NCBI GenBank assembly: GCA_046757165.1
Contig: JBHHXT010000006.1
Coordinates: forward strand, 780 to 64,779
Length of the DNA stretch: 64,000 nt
Reading direction: 5' to 3'
DNA from: a bacterium
GTDB lineage: Bacteria; Zhuqueibacterota; Zhuqueibacteria; Oceanimicrobiales; Oceanimicrobiaceae
Position 1 is the stretch's first letter. Every line of letters starts with the position of its first letter. The notes under the pieces were generated by a model. That model was not told the origin of the DNA and ran no database searches. It saw only the letters and a list, made by a program, of their open reading frames with translations. The translations under genes were made by a program, and so were the position numbers. Shown here one piece after another: positions 25,361 to 34,120 of the stretch.

Positions 25361-28069
25361 ATGGCTCACATTTATCAAGAGATCCTTGATTCCATTCAAA
25401 AGCCCGTGCGCTACCTGGGCAACGAATGGAATGTCATTCGCAAATCGAAAGAGGAAGCGCGCAAGCGCGTCGTGCTCTGCTTTCCGGACACGTATGAGAT
25501 CGGTATGTCCCATCTGGGACTGCGTATTCTCTACGCTATCCTGAACAAGCGTGACGATACCGCTGCTGAGCGCTGCTACACCCCCTGGATCGACATGGAG
25601 CAGAAGCTGCGGCAGAAAGGATGGCCGCTGGTCTCCCTGGAAACCCAGACGCCGCTCAATGAATTCGATGTGGTAGGGTTTTCCCTGCAGTATGAACTGG
25701 AGTACACCAATATTCTCACCATGCTCGATCTGGGTGGAATTCCTCTGCATTCGAGAGAGCGCGCGGCGAAGGATCCCCTCGTCATCGGCGGCGGACCGTG
25801 TGCGTTTAGCCCCGAGCCAATTGTCGATTATTTCGATTGTATCCTGATCGGCGATGGTGAAGAGGCCTTCCCGAACGTGGTCGACCGGTTCATTGAATTA
25901 CGGGATGGCGACTTGCCACGTGCGGAAATCCTGGGTCACCTGGCGCAGTGTGACGGCATTTATGTGCCTTCGCTGTATGAAACCCGCATCGACTCCGAGA
26001 CAGGGTTCGAGGTCGTCACGGGGAGCACGAACGCCCCCTATCCGGTGCGGCGGACTTACATCGAGGACATCAATCAGTATCCGTTTCCCGCCGACATTCT
26101 TGTGCCGCATGGCGACATTGTGCACGACCGGGTTTCCGTTGAGATCGCGCGCGGGTGCACTGAAGGGTGCCGTTTCTGTCAGGCCGGGACGATTTACCGG
26201 CCTGTGCGCGAACGCAAGCCGGAGGAAATCATCAAGAGTGTTCTCAAAAGTCTTGCAAAAACCGGCTTTGACCAGGCCTCCCTGACCTCGTTGTCGACCG
26301 CGGATTTCAGTTGCATCGGCCCCCTGGCACAGAAGCTGAGCGATGAATTGCAGAAACGGAAAACCGCCATGACTGTCTCTTCCATGCGCGTCTATGGCAT
26401 GACTGATGACCTCGGCGTGAGCCTGTCAAAAGTCCGGCGCTCGGGATTTACCATTGCACCTGAGGCGGGCAGCCAGCGCATGCGCGACGTCATCAACAAA
26501 GGGATCACCGAAGAGGTGATCCTGCATGGCGCGCGCACGGCGTTTCAAAACGGGTGGAACCATGTCAAACTCTACTTCATGATAGGCCTGCCCACCGAGA
26601 CCGGAGATGACTTGAAAGCGATTGTCGACCTGGGAGTCAAGATTCTCAGGCTGGCCGAGCAGGAGCACGGCAAGAAAGCTCAGGTGACGATCAGCATCTC
26701 TTCGCACATTCCCAAGCCCCATGCGCCGTTCCAGTGGCTCGGGGTAGAAGACCAGGCGTCCTTGCGGGAGAAGCAGAAATACTTGCTGCGCCTGATTCGG
26801 CCACACAAACGGCTGCGCCTGAAATGGCACGATGTCGAGCACACGTGGCTGGAGGCGATTTTTTCGCGTGGCGACCGCCGGCTCAACAAGGCGGTGGAGC
26901 TGGCCTACCGCCGTGGCTGCCGCTTCGACGCCTGGACCGACCAGGTGGATGTTGGGGCCTGGCGCCAGGTGTTTGATGATTTGAACATCGATACGGAAAT
27001 ATGGATGCGGGACATCCCCCTTTATGCCGCGCTGCCGTGGGACCACCTGGATTCGCTGGTGAAAAAGGAGTGGCTCGTTCGCGAGCTGAAGCGGGCCATG
27101 AAAGGTCGCTTCTCCCCCGCTTGCGAGAAACCGTTCAAAAGAAAAGATGAGCACGACCGCACAGATCTGGGCCGGCCAACGGAAAGCGACAAACTGGTTT
27201 GCTATCACTGCGGTCTGGAGTGCGACCTGGACGCGATCCGGCGTGAGCGCATCGAAAGCTGGAGAAGTCTGGAGAACGGAATCGAAGTCAAAGGCGAAGT
27301 GCCGCAGGAGGGGGAGTCGAGTCCGTACCCGCAGCGCGTGACGCGGTACCGGGCCGCCTACACCAAGCTGGGTGAGTGCCGCTTCCTTTCTGCCCTGGAT
27401 TCGACGCGTACCTTCACACGCGCTTTCAACCGCTCCATGGTGCCGCTCAGATTCAGTCAAGGGTTTCATCCGGCGCCGGTGATTTCATTTGGTCCTGCAC
27501 TCGCGGTTGGCATGGAGAGCGCTGAGGAGTTCCTCGATTTCGAAACCGTTGCAGACATCCCTGAACAGGAGCTGCGCGCCAGGCTCAACGCGCAGTTGCC
27601 CCGCGGGTTGGAATTCACGGCACTGGCGAAAATCGATGCCAGAGCGAAATCCTTATTCGAAGTGATTGATTTCGCTGAATACTCCGTCCTTGTGGACCTG
27701 GCAGGGCTGGAGGAGTACCTCGAGACGCGCGCCAACGGTCGTGCTCACGCGACTTCGGTCGCTTTACACGCAGCTTTCGCTAACAAGCTTTTGGAGCGCG
27801 ACAGCATTGAAGTTAAAAGGACGAGCAAGGGTCGGCTCCGGATTCAGGACGTCAGGCCCCTCATCCGCAAGCTCGAAGTGCTCAATTCAGAGGTCCCCCT
27901 GCGGCTTCGTTTGCTCCTTGGTTCGGGCAGGAACGGGAGCGTGCGCCCGGAAATCGTCCTGAAAGAGATGTACGGCGAGGACGTGCCCCTGGAGATGTTC
28001 CGCATCCGGCGCGAACGGTTGCTGGTGGAAAAGGCTGGAACTTTCTATTCGCCACTGGAGTTGGACTAA
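25361..28069 (+). CDS. B12-binding-domain radical SAM protein fused to a DUF2344-like C-terminal domain (TIGR03960 plus TIGR03936 type).
   Basis: The radical SAM motif is CTEGCRFCQAG, preceded by a cobalamin-binding-like N-terminal domain. The C-terminal 300 aa (RFLSALDSTRTFTRAFNRSMVPLRFSQGFHP) resemble the radical-SAM-associated DUF2344 family, which is often encoded separately. Confidence 0.65.
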   Translation: MAHIYQEILDSIQKPVRYLGNEWNVIRKSKEEARKRVVLCFPDTYEIGMSHLGLRILYAILNKRDDTAAERCYTPWIDMEQKLRQKGWPLVSLETQTPLNEFDVVGFSLQYELEYTNILTMLDLGGIPLHSRERAAKDPLVIGGGPCAFSPEPIVDYFDCILIGDGEEAFPNVVDRFIELRDGDLPRAEILGHLAQCDGIYVPSLYETRIDSETGFEVVTGSTNAPYPVRRTYIEDINQYPFPADILVPHGDIVHDRVSVEIARGCTEGCRFCQAGTIYRPVRERKPEEIIKSVLKSLAKTGFDQASLTSLSTADFSCIGPLAQKLSDELQKRKTAMTVSSMRVYGMTDDLGVSLSKVRRSGFTIAPEAGSQRMRDVINKGITEEVILHGARTAFQNGWNHVKLYFMIGLPTETGDDLKAIVDLGVKILRLAEQEHGKKAQVTISISSHIPKPHAPFQWLGVEDQASLREKQKYLLRLIRPHKRLRLKWHDVEHTWLEAIFSRGDRRLNKAVELAYRRGCRFDAWTDQVDVGAWRQVFDDLNIDTEIWMRDIPLYAALPWDHLDSLVKKEWLVRELKRAMKGRFSPACEKPFKRKDEHDRTDLGRPTESDKLVCYHCGLECDLDAIRRERIESWRSLENGIEVKGEVPQEGESSPYPQRVTRYRAAYTKLGECRFLSALDSTRTFTRAFNRSMVPLRFSQGFHPAPVISFGPALAVGMESAEEFLDFETVADIPEQELRARLNAQLPRGLEFTALAKIDARAKSLFEVIDFAEYSVLVDLAGLEEYLETRANGRAHATSVALHAAFANKLLERDSIEVKRTSKGRLRIQDVRPLIRKLEVLNSEVPLRLRLLLGSGRNGSVRPEIVLKEMYGEDVPLEMFRIRRERLLVEKAGTFYSPLELD

Positions 28070-28189
28070 TCTTTCATGTTATGAGTCATCCGTTGCATTT
28101 TTTGAAAAATTGTCGATCACGCAAAGCCGCAAAGTACGCAAAGATAAGATAGCGTGGAAAGAAGAGATGCACCGATAACTGCTTGAATT

Positions 28190-29563
28190 ATGCTGCTTTG
28201 CCGTACTATGGAGACTACCGAAATCAAGCATTCGAACTCGAGAGTCGGGAGCAAAGACTCACGGCTCAAGAAATATCGCGCCTCCTTCTATACCCTCGGG
28301 TGCCGGCTGAACCAGGCTGAGACTTCGCTCATCAGCAACACGTTCAAAGAAAAGGGGTACGAGATCGTTGCCTACGGCGAGCCCACCGATGTCTGTGTCA
28401 TAAACACCTGCACGGTCACCGAGCAGGCAGACGCCAAGTGCCGCCAGTTGGTGCGACAGGTGCTCAAGCGCTCCCCCGATGCATTTGTGGCGGTGGTCGG
28501 CTGTTACGCGCAAATGGATTCCGGAATCCTCGCAGAGATCGACGGCGTCGATCTCATTGTTGGCACCGAGGAGAAGCTCCAGGTCTCGTCGTTTGTTGAT
28601 GTTCCGCACAAGCTGCCTGAGCCGATCGTGCGCAACCGCAAGATTCGGAGCACGCCCTTTACAATCAGCTCGGTCGGCAATTATGAGCATGCCACCCGCG
28701 CGAACCTGAAGGTGCAGGACGGCTGTGATTTCATGTGCACCTTTTGCATCATTCCGTTTGCCCGGGGCCGCGCTCGCAGTCGGACTTTCCGGGACATTCA
28801 ACGCGAGGCCCGGCAACTGGTCGAGCGTGGTCACAAGGAGTTGGTGCTGAGCGGCGTCAATATCGGCACGTATGAATTCGAAGGCAAGACCCTGCTCGAT
28901 GTCATCAAGATGCTGGAGCGTATCGAGGGACTGGTGCGCATTCGAATCAGCTCAATCGAGCCCACCACGATTCCCGATGCGCTCGTCAACCACATGGCGG
29001 AATCTGAAAAGCTCTGTCACCACTTTCACATCCCGGTCCAACACGGTGATGATGCTGTTCTGCAAAAGATGCGGCGGCTGTACACGGTCGGGGAGTATGT
29101 TGAGTTTCTGGAGAGGGTACAGAAACGCATTCCAGACGTTTGCCTTGGCACGGACGTCATGGTTGGCTTTCCCGGCGAGGGCGTGGCAGAGTTTGAAACC
29201 ACCCACCAGCTCTTGCGCGATTTGCCGTTTGCTTACTTTCACGTCTTTTCTTTTTCCGAGCGCGGTGGAACCCCTGCGGTGCGAATGGCGGACAAGGTAG
29301 AAGCGCGAGTGAAGAAAGAACGGAGTCAGGCGTTACGCATGCTCTCCAATCAAAAGAGACGAGAATTCATGCAAGGACAAATTGGCAGATCGGTGCGCGT
29401 GCTCATGGAAGAACGGTATGAAGATGGCTTGTACCAGGGGTTTACAGACAACTACATCAAAGTGGCCGTGCAGACAGAACGCGACCTGGAAAATCAGATG
29501 GTCGAGGTGGAGCTGCGGCAAGTCAGCGAGCAGCCTCTCGCACTCGGCGTCATCAAGGCTTAG
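28190..29563 (+). CDS. mtaB: MiaB-like tRNA methylthiotransferase (MtaB/RimO clade).
   Basis: It has the MTTase N-domain (FYTLGCRLNQAETS), the radical SAM motif CDFMCTFCIIP and a TRAM C-terminus. The start is ambiguous (ATG at 28190 or 28208) and neither has a clear ribosome-binding site. Confidence 0.7.
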   Translation: MLLCRTMETTEIKHSNSRVGSKDSRLKKYRASFYTLGCRLNQAETSLISNTFKEKGYEIVAYGEPTDVCVINTCTVTEQADAKCRQLVRQVLKRSPDAFVAVVGCYAQMDSGILAEIDGVDLIVGTEEKLQVSSFVDVPHKLPEPIVRNRKIRSTPFTISSVGNYEHATRANLKVQDGCDFMCTFCIIPFARGRARSRTFRDIQREARQLVERGHKELVLSGVNIGTYEFEGKTLLDVIKMLERIEGLVRIRISSIEPTTIPDALVNHMAESEKLCHHFHIPVQHGDDAVLQKMRRLYTVGEYVEFLERVQKRIPDVCLGTDVMVGFPGEGVAEFETTHQLLRDLPFAYFHVFSFSERGGTPAVRMADKVEARVKKERSQALRMLSNQKRREFMQGQIGRSVRVLMEERYEDGLYQGFTDNYIKVAVQTERDLENQMVEVELRQVSEQPLALGVIKA

Positions 29564-29566
29564 TCG

Positions 29567-30880
29567 ATGAAGAAAGTCTACATTGAAACATACGGCTGTC
29601 AGATGAACGAGTACGATACGGAGCTGGTCAAAAGCATCCTCGAATCAAGAGATTACGAGTTGACGGCAGCCGAAGCGGACGCAGATGTGATTTTCATGAA
29701 CACCTGCGCCATTCGTGAAAACGCTTACGGCAAAATCTACGCGCGTCTGGGAGACATCAAACACTTGAAACATGAGAAGAAAAACCTTGTGGTCGGACTG
29801 CTCGGCTGCATGTCACAAAATCTGCGCGGCAGTCTCGACAGGAACGAGGATTTGGTCGATATTTTTGCCGGGCCGGACAGTTACAAACGGCTTCCGGACA
29901 TGATCGAAGCGGTCCTGGCCGGCAGTCACCGGGAAGTCGACTTCAGTCTGTCCGAGTTCGAGGATTATAGCGATGTCTATCCACGACGTGTGCCAGGCGT
30001 CAACGCCTGGATTGCGGTCATGCGCGGGTGCGACAATTTCTGCACCTTCTGTGTGGTGCCCTACACCAGAGGTCGCGAGCGCAGCCGGACGCTCGAGAGC
30101 GTCGTCGCCGAAACGGAACGGCTGGTGGCCGAGGGGTTCAAACAGGTCACCCTGTTGGGCCAAAACGTCAACTCTTACCAGTGCAACGGGACCGACTTCG
30201 CAGACTTGATCGTGGCCGTGGCGCGCGTAGACGGTCTCGAGCGGGTGCGTTTCATCTCACCGCATCCCAAGGATTTTCCTGACAAGCTTCTGCGGGTCAT
30301 GGCGGAAACCCGAAAGATTTGCCATCACATCCATTTGCCCCTGCAGGCGGGAAACAATCGCGTCTTGCAGATGATGGCGCGCACGTACACTCGAGAAAGT
30401 TTTCTGGCGCTGGTCGAAAAAATACGGAATACTGTCCCAAACGTCACGTTGACAACGGACGTGATCGTTGGCTTTCCAACTGAGTCCGACGAAGAGTTCG
30501 AGCATACGCTCGAAGTTATCCAAGAAGTCGAGTTCGATGCGGCGTTCATGTTCAAATATTCGGAAAGAAAAAACACCATTGCTTACCGCAACTTTGTCGA
30601 TGACGTGCCGGAGGAAAAAAAGACCGAGCGTATCGTCAGAGTCAATGAGCTGCAAAAAGCCAAGTCCCTGAAGAAAAACAAAGAGGAAATTGGCACCATG
30701 CAGCACATTCTCGTGGAAAGTGCGAGCAAAAAGAATTCGGCTGAGTGGATCGGCAGAACGGACGGCAACAAAATTGTGGTCTTCGAAAGAGGTAATTGTG
30801 ACCAGGGGGAGATGATTGCGGTCAAGATCACCGGGGCCAGCGCGAATACGCTCTTTGGGGACAGGGTGGAACAGCGATGA
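29567..30880 (+). CDS. miaB: tRNA-2-methylthio-N6-dimethylallyladenosine synthase.
   Basis: It opens with MKKVYIETYGCQMNEYD, carries the radical SAM motif CDNFCTFCVVP and a TRAM domain, and lies 3 nt after mtaB. Confidence 0.85.
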   Translation: MKKVYIETYGCQMNEYDTELVKSILESRDYELTAAEADADVIFMNTCAIRENAYGKIYARLGDIKHLKHEKKNLVVGLLGCMSQNLRGSLDRNEDLVDIFAGPDSYKRLPDMIEAVLAGSHREVDFSLSEFEDYSDVYPRRVPGVNAWIAVMRGCDNFCTFCVVPYTRGRERSRTLESVVAETERLVAEGFKQVTLLGQNVNSYQCNGTDFADLIVAVARVDGLERVRFISPHPKDFPDKLLRVMAETRKICHHIHLPLQAGNNRVLQMMARTYTRESFLALVEKIRNTVPNVTLTTDVIVGFPTESDEEFEHTLEVIQEVEFDAAFMFKYSERKNTIAYRNFVDDVPEEKKTERIVRVNELQKAKSLKKNKEEIGTMQHILVESASKKNSAEWIGRTDGNKIVVFERGNCDQGEMIAVKITGASANTLFGDRVEQR

Positions 30881-30924
30881 CAGAGTTTTATTGATTTAGC
30901 CACGAATAAGATGAGTCTCGTGTA

Positions 30925-30993
30925 TTCGGTGAGCTTCGGTGACTTCGGTGGTCTCAAAATCTTTCCCACCGAAGGGCACCGAAGTCACCGAAA
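30925..30993. repeat. Near-perfect palindrome built from three TTCGGTG and three CACCGAA heptamers; likely a terminator or REP element after miaB.
   Basis: The left half ttcggtgagcttcggtgacttcggtgg is followed by the loop tctcaaaatctttc and the right half ccaccgaagggcaccgaagtcaccgaa. It is of the same family as 17284-17417. Confidence 0.6.
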
Positions 30994-31127
30994 TACAGCG
31001 GATTTGATTGCGGCTTTATCGCGCTGCATGAATCGATGGCTAAGCATTCTTAGAATTAAGTTAAGTCCAGACAGAACGAGATAGAGCCAGGTTTTTGTTT
31101 ACACACTAACACTTCGGGGCGAAAAAT

Positions 31128-32294
31128 ATGGCATTTCAAGGGTTGGATTTTTACGGCATTGAGAATCTTCTTTCAGAAGAAGAGCGTTTGGTCCGCAACA
31201 CCGTGCGTGAGTTCATCGAGGCGGAATTCATGCCGCTTGTGCGGGAAAGTTACCGCAAGGGGGAGTTTCCCGTGCAACTGATTCCTCCGATTGGCGAGCT
31301 GGGGCTGCTTGGGGCAAATCTGTCCGGATATGGCTGCGCCGGGCTGAAGCCGGTCGCCTACGGCTTGATCAGTCAGGAGCTCGAGCGCGGCGATAGTGGC
31401 CTGAGAAGCTTCGTTTCGGTCCAGGGCAGCCTGGTGATGTATCCGATTCACACCTTTGGGTCGGAGGCGCAAAAGCAGACCTGGCTGCCCAAATTGGCAA
31501 AGGGGGAAGCCATCGGCTGTTTCGGGCTAACAGAGCCTGATTTTGGCAGCAACCCCTCTGGCATGCGCACGCGAGCTGAGAAGACGGATGAAGGATGGCG
31601 CCTGAACGGCAGTAAAATGTGGATTACGAACGGAACGCTTGCCGATATCGCCGTGGTCTGGGCAAAAACGGAGGCCGGCATTCGTGGCTTCCTGGTCGAG
31701 AAGGGGACGCGGGGATTTGAAAGCAAAGCCATGCACGGCAAGCTGTCGCTGCGCGCCTCGGACACCGCCGAGCTGCTGTTCGACAACTGTGACATCCCTC
31801 AGGAAAATCTTTTGCCCGCAACAAACGGGCTGAAAAGCGCGCTCATGTGTTTGAGTCAGGCCCGGTACGGGATCGCCTGGGGAGCCATCGGCGCGGCGAT
31901 GGCCTGCTATGAAGAGGCGCTGACCTACGCCAGGGGCCGCGTTCAGTTCGACGGCAAGCCCATTGCCTCGCATCAGTTGGTCCAGGAGAAGCTGGTCTAC
32001 ATGCTGACTGAAATCACCAAAGCACAGCTTCTGGTCTTGCAGTTGGGTCGACTGAAACAACAGGACAAAGTGACTCCCGGTCAGGTTTCCCTGGCGAAAC
32101 GAAATAATGTCTATCACGCGCTCGAGATTGCCCGCCTGGCCCGGCAGATTTTGGGCGCAAATGGCATTCTCGATGACTATCAGGCCATGCGCCATCTTTG
32201 CAATCTGGAAACGGTGATCACTTACGAGGGAACGCACGACATACATACGCTTATTTTGGGCAACGAAATCACTGGCCTCCCGGCTTTTTCTTGA
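31128..32294 (+). CDS. gcdH: Glutaryl-CoA dehydrogenase-like acyl-CoA dehydrogenase.
   Basis: 388 aa with a GcdH-type N-terminus (LLSEEERLVRNTVREF). The acyl-CoA dehydrogenase motifs are GLTEPDFGSNPSGMRT, MWITNG, and a C-terminal YEGTHDIH. Confidence 0.6.
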   Translation: MAFQGLDFYGIENLLSEEERLVRNTVREFIEAEFMPLVRESYRKGEFPVQLIPPIGELGLLGANLSGYGCAGLKPVAYGLISQELERGDSGLRSFVSVQGSLVMYPIHTFGSEAQKQTWLPKLAKGEAIGCFGLTEPDFGSNPSGMRTRAEKTDEGWRLNGSKMWITNGTLADIAVVWAKTEAGIRGFLVEKGTRGFESKAMHGKLSLRASDTAELLFDNCDIPQENLLPATNGLKSALMCLSQARYGIAWGAIGAAMACYEEALTYARGRVQFDGKPIASHQLVQEKLVYMLTEITKAQLLVLQLGRLKQQDKVTPGQVSLAKRNNVYHALEIARLARQILGANGILDDYQAMRHLCNLETVITYEGTHDIHTLILGNEITGLPAFS

Positions 32295-32316
32295 GCCAAA
32301 TGTAAGTGAACAGACG

Positions 32317-32724
32317 ATGAATCTCTACGACAAAGACGACGGCTTCAAGAAATTCACCCTGGAGGAGGCGAACGCGCTCTTGCCTGAGGTCATCCAAAGA
32401 ACTGAAAAGGCAGTGCAGCTTCTGGAAAAGGTCAAGCAAACCTACGATGCGGAACGTTCGAACGACCCCGACAGGGCCGAGGCAGAGTTCGATGCAGAAT
32501 GCGCCCATATCCTGGACCGCTGGTCGCGCGAGATTGTGGCCCTGGGCGCCTACCCAAAAGGCTATTTCACCGTAGATTTCAAATCCCCTCTTCCTGATAC
32601 CTTGTTTTGCTGGACTTTGGGCGAGCGAGTGATCTCTCACACGCACAAAATATTCGAAAGCTACAAGGACCGCGTCCCAATTCAGGACATCCCTTCCCTG
32701 GGATTCGAGAACTCTCTAAATTGA
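32317..32724 (+). CDS. Hypothetical cytoplasmic protein of 135 aa (DUF2203-like, tentative).
   Basis: The N-terminal FTLEEANALLPEVI block resembles DUF2203 family starts. I find no catalytic motif. Confidence 0.4.
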   Translation: MNLYDKDDGFKKFTLEEANALLPEVIQRTEKAVQLLEKVKQTYDAERSNDPDRAEAEFDAECAHILDRWSREIVALGAYPKGYFTVDFKSPLPDTLFCWTLGERVISHTHKIFESYKDRVPIQDIPSLGFENSLN

Positions 32725-32726
32725 CC

Positions 32727-33560
32727 ATGTTCAAAAACGTTTTCTTTTTCCTGTTTACACACTTTTCAGTCGGGCTTGTTTTTACGATTCTTATGATTTC
32801 CCGGCAAGAAATCGGGAAGCTTTTTTTCCGGGTGACGACACTCTTGGCTTCAGGGCTCATCGTGGTCGCCCTTGCGGCGAAGCCATTCGGGGCCATAGAT
32901 TGGTCGTATCTCTTTCATCCTGCTCCGGAGGCCGACACGCTCTGGCCACAACTAAGCTATTGGTTTCTTGTGATCACGGCCTTCCTGCTTCTCGTATACA
33001 ATGTGGTTTCTACCGGATTCCACAAGTTCCTGCTCGCAGCAAGTTTCCTGACCGGCCTTGCCGGTATTTCCTGTTTTTCACTCGTCACCTACCGACCTGC
33101 CGGAGCGGCGTTTGCCCACCAGGGGCTGTTCGTCACAAACGGCATCACTGCGACGTTGCTTTTGGGCTCGGTTCTGGGAGCGATGATCACGGGACACTGG
33201 TACCTGGTGCAGCACAAGTTGAGCTTGACGCCTTTAAAAAACAGCACTCGTGTTTACCTTCTTTCAGTCTTTTCGCGAACTGGCATCGTGGTGGCAAGTT
33301 TATTGCTTACCTGGAATGTGGATTTGGACACCAGCCCGTCACAGCTTCTCACAGGTCTGAGTTTCAACAGCTTTGTTTTCTTTCTTCGGATTGGCTTCGG
33401 CCTGATCATTCCGCTCATTTTCGGCCTGCTGATCTGTAGTGCTGTTACGATTCGGTCAACTCAATCCGCAACCGGAATGTTGTACGCTACTATTGTATTG
33501 ATTTTGATTGGCGAGACCTTTGCCAGGTTCTTGTATTTCTCTGTGGGCATTCCCTTGTAG
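32727..33560 (+). CDS. Polytopic integral membrane protein (about 8 TM helices) of unknown function.
   Basis: The ATG at 32727 lies 2 nt after the upstream stop. Hydrophobic stretches are spaced about 25-35 aa apart across 277 aa, and I find no recognisable transporter motif. Confidence 0.5.
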   Translation: MFKNVFFFLFTHFSVGLVFTILMISRQEIGKLFFRVTTLLASGLIVVALAAKPFGAIDWSYLFHPAPEADTLWPQLSYWFLVITAFLLLVYNVVSTGFHKFLLAASFLTGLAGISCFSLVTYRPAGAAFAHQGLFVTNGITATLLLGSVLGAMITGHWYLVQHKLSLTPLKNSTRVYLLSVFSRTGIVVASLLLTWNVDLDTSPSQLLTGLSFNSFVFFLRIGFGLIIPLIFGLLICSAVTIRSTQSATGMLYATIVLILIGETFARFLYFSVGIPL

Positions 33561-33676
33561 TTTCCACTTTCGGTTCTGCGGAGACAGGGATTTGTCTTGC
33601 TTTTTCCTGCGGTAGTCATTATATTCCCGTCTGCACGTTACACAAATACTTAGAAAAGAAGTGCACAGTTGCTGCT

Positions 33677-34108
33677 ATGAGCGTTGAACTTGAACTCAAA
33701 CCCAGCCATAAACTGGAATTGTTGAGCGCAGTTTTCCAGGGCAGACCCCTGCGCTCCATCCTCGAACCGTTTACCACCAGGCAATTGGTGCAGGCGCATG
33801 CATTCTTGTGGGATAAACTGGTTGAGATACACTATTTGACACAACCGCGGCAATTCGAGCGCGAAGTCGTCACCCGAAACATGGTGCCTTCCGCGACTTA
33901 TCAGAGACAGCAAGGGTGCGACTTACGCCTGGATTACTGCAAGGGAGTCGAGTGCATCTGGTCAAATCCTGTTTGTGCTGGCAATAAAGTCAAAAACAAT
34001 ATGGAGGCCATGGCGAAAGCGATTTCCCAATACCTGAAATCGTCCAAACAAGCCCGGCCGGTTCCGCTCAAAAAGCGATATGTCACGAGCATCGAAGTCA
34101 ATGAATAA
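33677..34108 (+). CDS. Hypothetical 143-aa protein with a Cys-x6-C-x3-C-x6-C cluster.
   Basis: The cluster reads QGCDLRLDYCKGVECIWSNPVCAG, a possible metal-binding knuckle. I detect no family match. Confidence 0.4.
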   Translation: MSVELELKPSHKLELLSAVFQGRPLRSILEPFTTRQLVQAHAFLWDKLVEIHYLTQPRQFEREVVTRNMVPSATYQRQQGCDLRLDYCKGVECIWSNPVCAGNKVKNNMEAMAKAISQYLKSSKQARPVPLKKRYVTSIEVNE

Positions 34109-34120
34109 CAGGCGGAGCAA

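Noticed and set aside
25254-25544. 96-aa ORF upstream of and overlapping the radical SAM gene.
   Set aside because: It overlaps the strongly supported 25361 start and its ribosome-binding site, and its translation is Ser/Arg/Cys-rich without motifs. I think it is a spurious ORF.
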